Positions 35,978-48,168 of a stretch of 64,000 nt of DNA are shown in pieces; the stretch's first letter is position 1; each line of letters begins with the position of its first letter. The notes under the pieces are model-generated. The model was not told the DNA's origin and ran no database searches. It saw only the letters and a list, made by a program, of their open reading frames with translations. A program made the translations under genes and the position numbers. Source of the DNA: Pseudovirgaria hyperparasitica (Eukaryota); assembly GCA_010093815.1 (NCBI GenBank), contig ML996579.1; one strand, given 5' to 3'.

Positions 35978-37798
35978 CTACAGCATTCGATCGGCCCAAG
36001 CCTTGAAGCCTCCTCGTTTCTCAGTACTGCCCGGCCTTTCTTCCTCACTGCCTTCTGCATCGGCCCCATATCCGCTGCGCTCATATAGCTCATCCGGGAG
36101 CACTGCCTTCTCGATAAAGGTATCACGTGGCGGGAACACCGTCTCCAATCCCACGTATACAAGCGACGTTGCAACGAATCCCAGCAGCCAACCGAACTGA
36201 TACGGATGAACGCCCACGCCAACTTCGATGTCTGAGTTGATTGAATTGATAAAGCCTGGCATGTTTGGCGCGATGCCAATCAGAAATGCGACTAGCGCGC
36301 GCCAGTTGATACCGTGACCGTAGCTGTAAATGCCATATGGCTGGAAGAGCGCGACGGTATCATATTTCCTACCATGGATGTACCAGAAATCCCAGACCAT
36401 AATGGCGGCAATAGGCCCGAGGAATATGGAATATGCGCTCATGAAGTTAAGGAAAGTTCCGGCACTAATAAGGATCTTCCAAGGAACCAAAGCCCAAGCG
36501 AGCAGGGCGCATATCAATTGTCCTCTGCGGATGTTGACGTAGCTTGGGAACAGCGCAGCCAAATCATTTGCGGCGGACAAGGAGTTTGCGCTAATGTTGA
36601 CGCCGAGAGAGGCAACAGCGAAAGCGAAGGCGACGAAGAAACGCACGGCGCGGTTAGGGAAGTGAGACACGAGAGCCATTGGGTCCCAGTCAAGGGTGCC
36701 ATACTTAACTTGGCCGGCATTCGTGGCTGCGACACCACAGAAGGAGATGAACGTGAAAACGATCGGAAGCATGGGCACATATAGGAGCTGCCACTTTACG
36801 GAGACTCGCGAATAGCGGGAGAAGTCGGCTTGGTTTACTGAGAGAGTTGCGTAGTTGCCGATGACGGACGTAAGACTGGAGAGAAAAGCCCAGCTGTATG
36901 CAGGCCCAGATATTGTAGCTCGTTGACTGAATATGTCAAGACTGTCAGTTGAAACAAAAGCCCAGATCATAAGACCAATGAAGGCAATTGGCGATACGAC
37001 GCTCTTGAACATGAATAGCCACCGAACCTTATTTGGGTGGATGTACAGGAATGGGAGCTGGGCGAGCCAGAATAGCACGAATGATATCATTGTGTTGGTC
37101 GTGATACCTTGATCGGCTGGGATGGTGTTTTTCAGCGTCAAGAAAGACGGCCAGATTGCGCCAAGCATAACGCGTACGGTGTTGGCGCCGTTCATGGTTT
37201 GAATCGCGAACCAGAAAACGGCCAAGATGGCGCGGGAGATGATTGCAATATAGGATCCCCAGAAGCCCCAGCTGGCTCGCGCGAGTACAGGAAAGGAGCA
37301 ATGGTCTGATGAGGTATCAGCTCGGTTGGGTCGTAAAGGAGATTTAACAGCTCACGAATAACACCGGTAGCACCATTAAGTGCGATCACAATGGAAACAA
37401 TGAAGAACCCTAAGGCAACAACACCAAGCGACTCCCTCCACGAAAGACCTAGCAGCAAGTCAGTGACTCGGCAGCAGAGTGTATTGATGGTGCTCACCGA
37501 TGGCAATAACACTGGCAGCAAACTGCCAAGTGGCAGAGTTGAAGGCATCAGAGATCCAATATGCGACGAAACTTGTGACACCCCATTTCCTCTCATGCGC
37601 AGGGACTGGATCTAAGTCTTTATTCGTCCTTGATGAATATCAGCATGTCATGTTCGCTTGTTGTTTGCTTGCCAGGGGCCTAGACGAGGTAACTCGTCGT
37701 GACTAGCGTGGAGCTGCAGCTTACCATCGCGAGTTTCCACCCTCTGAGAAGATGGAGTCAGGTTGCTGCACGCGCAGTGATGGAAGCGCAGACTTCAT
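35978..37798 (-). CDS. NCS1 family nucleobase (uracil/allantoin, Fur-type) permease
   Basis: RW|TNKDLDPVP..RKW..YWISDAF, PFPVLARASWG, NQADFSRY, NISANSLSA.NDL, YVNIRRG; multiple transmembrane segments; three 5' introns. Confidence 0.92.
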
Positions 37799-37890
37799 AC
37801 TGCAACTTGTCAAAGGCGACACTGCCCTGGCGCAGATGAAGTTAAGGGACAGGCAGATGGCGGAAGAGAGACGATAGAGGTCAAACTTGG

Positions 37891-38458
37891 AGATAACGAC
37901 GGTCCGGGGGTTGGGAAGACTACTTATGAATCAATAACCACGCAAAGCCTACGAACCAGGACCCTAGAACACTACTAATTAGCCCTAATTAGCTCTCTCT
38001 CCTTCAACGCGATTCAGCATTGGCATCATAGTATGGAGTGACCTTTCCCGCCGATCTTTTACCATACTAGGATTAGCGCCCGAGCCTGATAAGCTTCCGC
38101 GCAGTGGCGTCGGTTCCGCGTGGTGTGGCATCGGAATCCCTGCTCTTTCCTGGCTCGATCTGTTCCTTCCTTTCTTCTTGGCCCGCGCCTTCCTGCTTCT
38201 TGGTCTGCGGTCTGGGCTCCTTCCACGGGTCGGCAGATAAACAGACAGCCATAATACAGATGGTTAATACATCACGTAGTTACACTGCTGCAGTCACAGG
38301 TAAGCACAAGACCTGGAATTTGCCATTCAACGACGCGAGGGCTCACCTTGAGGCGTTGCTGATAAGCACACTGACACAAGCACTGACACTGGACCAGACG
38401 TTGACGGCCGGCCGTGCCCTCCCTTGCTCGGTAGATTAGTGACCTGTCATCCTTTATC
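37891..38458. promoter_or_regulatory. Cluster of GATAA sites upstream of NCS1 permease (AreA/Nit2-type nitrogen regulation)
   Basis: GATAA at 37892, 38088, 38236 and 38361; TTATC at 38454. Confidence 0.5.
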
Positions 38459-38518
38459 ATTAGAGATGCCTGCAGTGGTGTATATATTCTATATTTACCT
38501 TGATCTTGATTTTATGAT

Positions 38519-40181
38519 CTAAAGGCTTCGCGCTAGCCATCCAGCAATACCATCGACCATCTCTTCCAGGACTTGCATCTCTGCCTTGATGTTCAGCATC
38601 AGCATCACCTGCAGCTCCCGCCTCCCTTCGCTACGTATGCGGTCCATAGCGTCCACCTCTGTGTTTCGTGCCAATGCTGAATTTGCCAACATGCTCCGTG
38701 CCTTGCGACGATCCCTTCCACTCATCTGCAGCGTTCTGTCTTCAGCGACGCCTGCATCTGCATCTGCACCTGCATTCGTCGCAGCATAGCCGTCCGCGGC
38801 GGGGTGCAGAAGATGATGGCTCTTTAGCCCTAAGTAGTACAACATGTCTGGGTCTAAGCTAAGTGCTGCCGTCTCGTGTGCCAATGCCTTCGATCCAAAA
38901 GCATATGTTGACATGATAGATATGCCATCTGGATCAAAGTCCACGAGGATGCCAATGCGTGGGAGCTGCGTAGCGCTTAGATTTGCGCTGGCAATCCTGT
39001 GAAGGAATGCTCTTGTCGACAAATCAGGATATCCTTTGGCCTATCTCTGTATCAGGTAAATACTGAGTATTGAACATTCGATGCACTTACTGTGATAAGC
39101 ACGATCTGCGAGAACAGATGCTCCCACTGCACCGACGAGATAATTGATCTGAATGATGCTTCCTTCTCGATCACGACGATCCACTTGGTTTGTTTCAAGT
39201 CGATACCAACGACATCTGCGGAGTTCGGAACAAGCATACCATTCTTCTCCGATGCAACGCTCCGGGATGTCCCATCAGATCTGGAGATCGTAAAGTCGCC
39301 CGCGACAAGCCCCTTAGCAGCAGCGGACTGAGAGAGCTACATTAGCCATATTCTGAGAACGCGAGGATCTCGACATACCACGTTTAGCATGCTTCGAGAC
39401 ACACCAAAAGTAAAGGCCAGGTCATCAATGTACCTGTCAACCACAGCTTGCTTGACAAACAGCGTTGGATGTCGGTAGTAGATGTCTCTATAGCACTGTC
39501 ATGAACACTCAGCTTGACTACATCTCCCGGAACTGACCTTTTTGATATGACGGTATCAGTAGCCAAAGCTCCATGAACAAGCTCGAGTATCTTGATCAGT
39601 ACAGCTAAGAGTTTGGTCAGCTCGTTCAGTAGGTTGGAGCCGCGTTAAGGCTACTATATCTCCATGCTTCGCTCGCATTAGCTCCCGGGAAGCATATTTG
39701 CCTTCTACAAGTAGTTTGTGGACCTAGTTGAGTCTCGGTATCATTTCCACTGCTAGCACGAGAGAGTAGTGTGATAGAGAGCTTGGGTTCGTTTTGCAGA
39801 AGTGCGTCAGCTGTGTCCTCGAATATACGCTCAATATCGGCAACGACTGCCTCTCTATGGTGTCATCAGTAACTTTGCAGAACATATGTAAATTTAAACC
39901 AGGCGAAGCTTCTACCTGTCCTTGTTTGCTTTAGTTAGATTTGTGTTTGAAGCTGGTTTCAAGGCCGGCTGCATCACTTGATGCAGCTGGGAGTTATGGT
40001 TCTTGTCAGTGGGCTCCGTCATGTCATCCAGGCCGCAGTCAAGCATATCACTGTCATCGTAGAAACAATTTGTGCCGGAGTTTGATGAAGCAAAGAGGTC
40101 AGGCGAAGATGGCATCCAGTTCGTGGGGCTTTCAGATGGCTCGAACAACATATCTTCGAGTTCGTCATTTTCAACATACAT
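38519..40181 (-). CDS. SPO11: Meiotic recombination transesterase Spo11
   Basis: Five introns reconstruct FPG...EAWRY, SKRDIYY (catalytic Tyr), AAAKGLVAG, TOPRIM VVIEKEASF, AKGYPDLSTR, LVDFDPDGI and KAEMQ; no in-frame stops after splicing. Confidence 0.93.
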
Positions 40182-40264
40182 GATATATGGATCCGAGAGT
40201 TTCCAAAGCAGTAGGTTAGCGGAAGGCAGCCTTGGTCAAGACCGAGCCTTGGATGAAGGGTCGT

Positions 40265-40312
40265 GACGCGCTAAGCTCAGTATTCACTAGCTCCGAACGC
40301 GTCGGTGCGCGT
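40265..40312. promoter_or_regulatory. MCB (ACGCGT/CGCG) element cluster in SPO11-CAF1 bidirectional promoter
   Basis: ACGCGT at 40297-40302, GACGCG at 40265 and GCGCGT at 40307. Confidence 0.55.
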
Positions 40313-40474
40313 CGGCCTCAAACCACTTCCCCTTCAACAACCATCCAACTAAGTAACAACTTCCACTGCAGCCACGTTTTATTCCCGCCTTGGGCCAAGA
40401 ACCTTTCTATGTAACTGTGCCGACTGAAAGGTTCCTCTGTTTATGTAGAGAATATCACAACTGGAGTCGGTATC

Positions 40475-42461
40475 ATGTCAGCCCAATCACTGTCGCCGCC
40501 GAGAAAGCGCCCACACCCCGATGAAGGCCCAATTCCGGTCGAAACGCCTACTCGAGATGCAACAGTAATTGTCGACTTATCCGGTGACGAATCACCTTTA
40601 AGCTCAGTGCCATCGCTTTTGCTGCAAGACGCGTCTGAGAACTTGAGTGCTTCAGCAGCTTCAGGGGCCAATGACATCGCGACAACAAAACAGCCTCAGA
40701 AAAGACGGAAACTTACGCCTGCTGAAAAGGAACAGCAACGACTTGATAAGGAGGCAAAGGATAAGGCACGGGAAGCGACCAAAGCCCAGAAAGAATTGGC
40801 ACAAAAAGAAAAGAAAGAAAAACTAGAAGAAGAGAGGCGTACGAGGGATGAGGCTGCCAGAGCTAAAAAGGAACAGCTTGAGGAAAAGAGACGAGCCAAG
40901 GAGCTTGAGCAAGCAAGAAAGGACGAGGAAAAGGCGAAGAAGGATCGAGTTCGTCACAAGAGCCTCCTCATCCCAAAACATTATGCTAATGACTGCTAGT
41001 CACAACTGCGGCTCAATGCATTCTTTGTGGCCCCAAAGACTACAGCCATATCCACAACGCCGTCAAAGTTGCCTATCTTGAGTGGCACCCCTGAGCAATC
41101 CGGGCGAAGGAAGTCTATTTCGGCAACGCCAGAGGACCTCGGAAACGGTTCTGTACCACCATCACCTTCAACTAGAATATCCCGGATCCATCCCAGCAAA
41201 TCGTCCATTCTGCCTTTTGAACTACCCTCAAACACAACCATGGCCTCTACAAGATTCACACAGATGAGCCATCGAAAGTTGGATCGACTCCGCCAACGCC
41301 TGGACGCGATCGTATCGGAGGGATTCCACGCTCCAAGTCGGGAAGAGATCATAGCAGAGTTAAAGTTAAAGGTCATACGACAGAGAGTCGATATCCTTCA
41401 GTCAGATTCAGTCAAGCATCTGATGGAATTGGTAAGTGGGACATCAACACATCCTATTGATCTCACAAGCGACTCTACCATTCCAAGCGAAAGAGAAGCC
41501 CTAGAATGGCTTCGGAAGGTTCCTGTGAAATATCTCGAATTCGGAGAAGATGTTAGACCTCCATACTGTGGCACGTATACAAAAAGGATTCCGAAATCGG
41601 AGGCGAGGAGATTAGCCATTAATCCCCGGACACCAAAGCTCCCGGAGATCAATTACCAGTACGACTCAGAAGCAGAATGGGAAGAACCCGAAGAAGGAGA
41701 GGATATTCTTTCAGACGGCGAAGAAGATCTCGAGAGCAACGATGATGGTGAGGATATGGATGGCTTTCTCGACGACGAAGAAGCTGTCGACAGTAAGCGC
41801 CGTATGGTCGGCGGTGATCTCGAGCCTGTTAACAGTGGACTTGTGTGGGAGAATGCGTCTGGTGTTGCATGCTGCCGGGAAGGCCCGGTGCCATCTGGCT
41901 ACGCCGAGTACAAGATGTGTTTCCTCCTCGGTAAATATGACACTCGCTGCTTGTACGGTACTCACTAATCACTCAAAAGAACCTTCACCGAGCTCAATTG
42001 ACCCGTTCTCCACGGCATACTGGGCACCCGAACCTATAGTATCAACGGCAAACCTCTCAACTGCCTTTGGTATGGGTACTATGTATCCTCCACGTCTTCC
42101 ATTGAGCGTGAGGTCTGATGGTATGATCAATCACGTGAATATACCCCATACAATGTATAAGAATTCTAAACTCGCGACTGTCTTTGGCACAGTCCCAAAA
42201 GCGCCGGAACCACAGAAGCGAATGGTCGCCCCGGAACAACTCGAAGAATTCAAGGCCGCTATCAGAGGGAGCGATCTCACGAAGATTGCCCTGATTGAGC
42301 ATCTCAAGAAACAGTAAGTTGTTACAGCAGGTAACATGTATCACTCACTAACACCTTGCAGATTTCCGGATATCAAGAAAGATCTGATCCTGAACACGCT
42401 CAATGTTGTTGCACACCGTGTAGGCCCTGATTTGAAGAGCAAAATATGGGAGCTGAAGTAG
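40475..42461 (+). CDS. RLF2: Chromatin assembly factor 1 large subunit (Cac1/Rlf2/p150)
   Basis: KER coiled coil, PIP-like QLRLNAFF, KYLEFGEDVRPPYCGT, YQYDSEAEWEEPEEGEDI, C-terminal winged helix ending KIWELK*; three introns. Confidence 0.9.
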
Positions 42462-44165
42462 AACTATGTAAGAGCATTGCTACTTACTAAATTTCAAGCA
42501 GCAGCATTTCTGAGTATGCCGCCGAGAGCCCTAAGCAAGGTTGCACGCTACTTGGAATATTTCAGCGATGGACACATCGATTGGAGATCTTGGACCCAAC
42601 TCCTCTGTATCAAAAAGTTGTGCCACGACACACGCGACCCTGTACCATCGCCAGGGAACCCAGGAAGGCCACCGTGGCAAGCTGCACTGCAACGTCACTT
42701 TCCAAGTCCATATCAATCCGTGGTCGGGGCAGCGACATTAGTCCCTCACAAGCACACGACCCGTCCTCACGGCTCGCCCGCCCTCCAGGACATTCTGAAT
42801 CACATGTCCACTTATAGTACACCGGTATACGAAGACTGTACCGACTCTCAACATGCCAATTAGCGTCCACAGTATCAAAGCGAGCACAACAGTAACGGAG
42901 CGTCTAGCGTTGTGAGCATTTACAATGGCAGAGCATGGATATGTATGGTAGGTAGATCAAAAAAGTCAAAAAAGCATCAATGACAAAAACATCATCAATC
43001 AAATAGCTCCTGCGGCATAGCATGCAATCCTCCTCATAAATATCCCGTTTCTGTGATCGACGTGTCTCCACGCGCCCCAAACTACGCCGCAGCCATGCAT
43101 TAGCTTTCTCGATCCCCCATTGGCGCCTGCATCTGAATCTCAGCCGTTTTTCGTCAAGGCTAGTGGTCATTTGACAATCCGTGCCGCTGCAAGTTCGAAT
43201 TTCCACGCTGTCGCTTGTGGCTTGCATACATGCAGATGGATGTTAATATCTACCTCCGAGCCCGGGAATCTGGGTATGTGGCGCTGTCAAAATTTCTTGG
43301 CAAAGGGCGCAAATGTGACGGCACACCCTGATTTAATCATCGATACTGACTCAGATTCATTGCACAAGAGACCCTTTTCTGCGCTATTGCAATACTTGGT
43401 AAACGAGGCTATAAATACGTGTCCACTACGCTACAAACGTGGGGCTAGTACATGGCGTGGATATACTACACGCTGTGACTGTTTAGTATCAATGTCTCGT
43501 CTGCGGTATGGATAGATGGCTCTTTGTATGTGAGTCTTCGGTTTCTCTTCGCCTGTCCTACACCTCCCTTTTCTCCCTCCCGCCCGGCTTCCTCACTAGG
43601 CTGCGTCTCCTGGATCCCGGTGGAGTGCGACACACTGAACCACTTGCTACCCTGTTACAGTGTCCTGCGTATGAAAGAGAGGTTTCGTCGTGCGAGAAGC
43701 TTATGGTATACCTGGCTGCTGCTGTTCGTGGTGGAGGGAGGAGGTAGTACGAGGGTATTGTGGAGTACTTGCTATGCTGCTGAGTATGTAGGTGAGGTGA
43801 CTGGCTGTGGAAGCGGGTGATAGTTCGAAGTTAGGTTTGTGTGTGGTGTGTTTTGTGTGCTTTCAAGTGATTTTGAGATAAAATAGGGGTTGTTCTCTGT
43901 TCGTTGGATTGGTTTAATCTGTTAGCTGGTTGGTGCGTTGGCGAAGAAGGGCTGGGGAGAAGATAGTGTTATCAGGGGTATCGTTGGATGTAGTGAGTCG
44001 TCGATGTATGGAAGAAGCTACGGAGAGAGTAGTATAAGGGGTGGGACAGAAACCTGCTTTATGTGAATTATGTAAGAATTCTTAGAGTCAATGAGCTGAC
44101 TAACTCTGCCAGATGATCATCAAAAGTTATAGCCATTATATGACAAGGCAATCTTTATATAGAGT

Positions 44166-45059
44166 CTATCTCCCAGACCCCTCTTGCCCGACTTCGCCCT
44201 CCCGCCACACCAAATTCCCCGTTTTGCCCCCATCCACACGCACAACCTGGCCATGCACACTACCACTCATATTCCCACTCGCCAACACAACACACGTCTT
44301 CGCCACGTCTTCAACCGGCACAGGCATACGCCTCGGCACAGTAGCTTGCGCATCAACATAAAACTGATGCGGGTCCGCCGCACATTCCTCCCTAAACCGA
44401 GGCGTATCAACAGGCCCCGGCGCAACTGCATTGACGCGGGCATACGGCTGAGCCTTGGGCACGGCTTCAGCAAGGGAACGCAAAAGACCATGCAGGGCGG
44501 CCTTAGAGGTAGCGTAGATAGGGATAAGCGGAGTGCCGAAGTGTGCGGCCTCGGACGAGCAGAGGATCAGAGAGAGATGTTTGGGAGACGACGGATGTGG
44601 CGTTGCGAGGCGCTGGATACCGGCCAGCCATGCTTGTGCTATGACCATGCTACCGATAACGTTGACGTCGAGGACGGTCCTCCATTTTTTAACGTCGCCT
44701 CCGATCAGGCCGTCTTTGGAGAGGACACTTAGGTCCAGGCCGGCGAGACACACGCATGTGTGCACGTCGCCCAGGTGCAATCTGGCGAGGTCGAATGCTT
44801 GCTTGACGGATTCCGGGTCTGTTATGTTGGTGCGTATGGCCAGGAGCTTCGGGTGGTTGGCATGGTGGGGTTGGACTTGCGGTTCTAGGATTTGATCTTC
44901 GGGTTTGTGAGCAATGTCCAATGAAGTTACGTTGGATCCGGCAGATAGAAATGCAGCGACGACGACACGACCGATGTGGCCAGCGCCGCCAGTGATGAGG
45001 ACATGATGGCCCTCGAGGCCGAGAGAGAGGTCAATGGAGCTTGAGGGAGCTGTCGACAT
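44166..45059 (-). CDS. Short-chain dehydrogenase/reductase
   Basis: TGGAGHIG cofactor motif, YATSK catalytic motif, RVNAVAPG, VDGG. Confidence 0.9.
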   Translation of the reverse strand: MSTAPSSSIDLSLGLEGHHVLITGGAGHIGRVVVAAFLSAGSNVTSLDIAHKPEDQILEPQVQPHHANHPKLLAIRTNITDPESVKQAFDLARLHLGDVHTCVCLAGLDLSVLSKDGLIGGDVKKWRTVLDVNVIGSMVIAQAWLAGIQRLATPHPSSPKHLSLILCSSEAAHFGTPLIPIYATSKAALHGLLRSLAEAVPKAQPYARVNAVAPGPVDTPRFREECAADPHQFYVDAQATVPRRMPVPVEDVAKTCVVLASGNMSGSVHGQVVRVDGGKTGNLVWREGEVGQEGSGR

Positions 45060-45320
45060 GTTTGATCTCTGTGTATGATCTGTATTCTTGTTACGATCTC
45101 GGAAGAGGGGTCGAGTTAGGATCATGTGATCTATCTCCTGTTTGTGGCATGGCTTGACAAGAGCAGACTAGGCCTTGATAAGGCATAGAGCAGCAATATC
45201 TATGCTGATGATGTTCCAGACTATAGAATAGAAATAGAAGTATTAGCACGGCCTATAGGAGTTCGGGTGCCGAGGTCTTTTGATATATCCTCTGATGATA
45301 TTGGGTATCTATTAAGCCAC

Positions 45321-47759
45321 TTAATCTTGCATATCCTTCTTGGCCTGCCTGAGCTTCTGCTGGTCTCTTTTCAGCGATTTAATGAACTTGTTGCTCGTGG
45401 CAGTCTTCTTCTTCAATTGCTTGTTTCGGCTCGCATTATACTCAACATAGGCCATGTCCTTTCCACCGGCCAGCTCGCTGAGCATACCAGCCTGTCTCCT
45501 GACGCCAGACTTCTTGCCCTTCCGAGACGAATTATTGCTGAAAAGGTCTCCTTCAATCTGCTCGGCCTCAGCCTGTGATTCGTTTTGGAGCAAGACTTCT
45601 TGTAGTAATTCTCGTCGTTCTTGTGGTATATTGAAAGAAAGCCCCTGCAAGTTTTCGATGCCTTGGAGATGGGTGATGACCTTGAACGCATAGCCTTGAT
45701 CAACCAGGAAAGCCTGTCGCTTTGACGAATAATACATCTCCTGCGTATCTTTCGATACTAAGGAGTAGAAGAAAGCATTGAAGCCTTCGTCATTACGGCG
45801 CTTAGCTCGCAAGATACGGCCCAGGCGTTGGGCTTCTTGACGACGGGAGCCGTAGTGCGAGGAGATCTGGATGAGACATGTGGCTTCTGGAAGATCGAGT
45901 GATGTATCGCCGATTTTGGAGAGGAAGACCGTGTTGACAAGCTCGTTGTGTTGAAAATTCTCGAGGATGCGCAGACGTTCTTGCTGAGGTGTTCCGCCGT
46001 AAATATATGCTTTGCCAAGTTTTCGGGCGTACTTCTCGAGGGCGTATACATTATCGGAGAACACAATGACCTTGTCGCCACGCTTCTCGTGGTAGTCGAT
46101 AAGAAACTGGCACGCCTGGAATTTCCTTGGATTCATTGTGAAGAGCAATGCCCTACGGTTGACAGTATTGGCCTTCAGGTACTCGGTATAGAACTCCGTA
46201 GTCATTGGACACCAGACTTCAGCACACTGGACTTTTGCGATATGACCCTGCTCGGAAAGCTCTTGCCAGTTTGCTTCGTATAGCTTCGGACCAATGAGAA
46301 AATTCAAATCGTCAATCTTTTCATCTTCACGTAGAAGTGTGGCTGTCAAACCAAGCTTTGAGTGAGTAGCGACACCATATGTGACACGCTTGAACATATC
46401 TGCTGGGACGACGTGCACCTCATCCAGTAGCATGAGCCCCCATTCACGCTCAGTAATAAAGTCCATGATTTTTTTGGAATCGTGAGACCGCCCTTTTGTT
46501 TGTGTAATCATACTGTAGGTGCTAATTAGAATACCAGTGTTACCGTGAAATTTATCTTTGTTATCAGCAGTGAAAACTGCAATATCGTTCGGGTTGATGT
46601 TGGACCACTTTAGAAATTCTGCACGCCATTGGACGACAGACATCGCACTCGTACATAGCACAATAACACCCTTCTTGACTGTGCATGCTGCTGTGATTCC
46701 AACAAGAGTTTTGCCAGCACCACAAGGTAAGACAATGATGCCAGATCTTGCACGGCCATTTCCAAACATTTTGTTCAATGCCTGCTCCTGATACGGTCGA
46801 ATCTGTGATGATGGTTTCAGATCAATCTCTAGATTGGCATTTGCCTCGTCGTTCCGAAAGTCATATTCTTCTGTTAAAGGAAGGTCGATTTCTCGACATT
46901 GCTTGGAGACTTGTTGTCTATCTTCTCCCGCGATTTGAAAAGCATGTACTTCATCTACCCCTTCATCGTCATCGTCATCGTCTTCTCGGAGAGTTGCCAT
47001 GATGTCTTTGTCGGCTGGTTGTACTGCTTGATTCGCTCCGGCGGCCAGTTTAGTGCCCGGAATGGCCAAATTACCCATAGTAGGCGCAGCTTGTTTCTGG
47101 ATCCCAGCCTCAGAATCTATGCGACATTTCCGAATGATGGGGTCTTGGAGGAGACGTTGAAGCACGGCAGGGTCACTGCTCTCAATGAAATATTTGGTAT
47201 TTTTAAGCACAAGTCGGGCTTTCCCGAAAGACTCAGTGGATCGTCGTATGAAACTTATTAGATCTGGATCCAAAGGCACTTTGCTAAACATGTCCAAGTC
47301 TCGTATAATATCTTCGGTGGTAAGGCCGACCGATACCGCTGCAAAGAGGGAATGCGTAGTCAGATTATATTCGTGCATTCGAGACACACGAGACTGAGGT
47401 TCCGCAATATTGATAAGGAACGTTTGCGCTTCTTTGAACATTTCAGAAAAACTCTCGAGAATGATCCTGCCATCCGGATCTACCCAGAGTGGCCTTTGAT
47501 CATGGTCAGGTTTCAAATGTGCCCCAAACTGATCGCTTTTGGTGAATAAATGTGAGGCAGCATCTGCTTGTGAACGCGCGACATGTTTCTTAGGCGCCCA
47601 TCTCTCCACAGCCCTTCGAATATTATCATCGTCCGAGTCACTCTCTACATTTGCATCTACAGTGTATTCATCGTCCTCGGGCGTGGTTCCTCGTGCTCGT
47701 TTGTTCGCTGGCGTAGAAGAACCTGACGCAAGGCTGCCATTCTTTCGTTTCGATGCCAT
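45321..47759 (-). CDS. SSL2: TFIIH DNA helicase/translocase XPB
   Basis: LPCGAGKT Walker [29 protein letters not shown]; intronless. Confidence 0.98.
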   Translation of the reverse strand: MASKRKNGSLASGSSTPANKRARGTTPEDDEYTVDANVESDSDDDNIRRAVERWAPKKHVARSQADAASHLFTKSDQFGAHLKPDHDQRPLWVDPDGRIILESFSEMFKEAQTFLINIAEPQSRVSRMHEYNLTTHSLFAAVSVGLTTEDIIRDLDMFSKVPLDPDLISFIRRSTESFGKARLVLKNTKYFIESSDPAVLQRLLQDPIIRKCRIDSEAGIQKQAAPTMGNLAIPGTKLAAGANQAVQPADKDIMATLREDDDDDDEGVDEVHAFQIAGEDRQQVSKQCREIDLPLTEEYDFRNDEANANLEIDLKPSSQIRPYQEQALNKMFGNGRARSGIIVLPCGAGKTLVGITAACTVKKGVIVLCTSAMSVVQWRAEFLKWSNINPNDIAVFTADNKDKFHGNTGILISTYSMITQTKGRSHDSKKIMDFITEREWGLMLLDEVHVVPADMFKRVTYGVATHSKLGLTATLLREDEKIDDLNFLIGPKLYEANWQELSEQGHIAKVQCAEVWCPMTTEFYTEYLKANTVNRRALLFTMNPRKFQACQFLIDYHEKRGDKVIVFSDNVYALEKYARKLGKAYIYGGTPQQERLRILENFQHNELVNTVFLSKIGDTSLDLPEATCLIQISSHYGSRRQEAQRLGRILRAKRRNDEGFNAFFYSLVSKDTQEMYYSSKRQAFLVDQGYAFKVITHLQGIENLQGLSFNIPQERRELLQEVLLQNESQAEAEQIEGDLFSNNSSRKGKKSGVRRQAGMLSELAGGKDMAYVEYNASRNKQLKKKTATSNKFIKSLKRDQQKLRQAKKDMQD

Positions 47760-48168
47760 AGGCACGATCCGTTATGCTAACGCGCTATAGAGCGTGAAGG
47801 AGCGAGAGTCTCGGCTTCTTGCGGCAGACTAATCAGGCGCGTAGACGAGGAGGTTGTTCAAAGCGGAGAGGCAGATTTGGTGTTGAAGAAAACGACGATA
47901 TGGAGAGTGAACGAACGGAATGCAGTTAATCAGCGGCCAAGACACATTCATATACTAGGTAATTGCGGATGCCGTCCGGAGCTGACTCATCACCCGCTAG
48001 GCCTGATCAAGACCGCGATTCGTCGTCATCCTGCACGCTAATCCGACCTCCACCTGTTTACTGGGTGCAGTGGAGCTGAAGGTTCGCGACTGTGCAGAAC
48101 CCTTTACCGAAGCTTCCCGCATGAACATCTCCCATGGAAATTGCATAGAACAGTCATGATCTGATGCG

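Noticed and set aside
42950..43800. Possible decayed secreted/GPI gene on the minus strand (Cys motifs, GGSRKLMHGCGVVW, hydrophobic tail)
   Set aside because: Needs several stops and frameshifts and matches no family I can name; a BLASTX search would decide.
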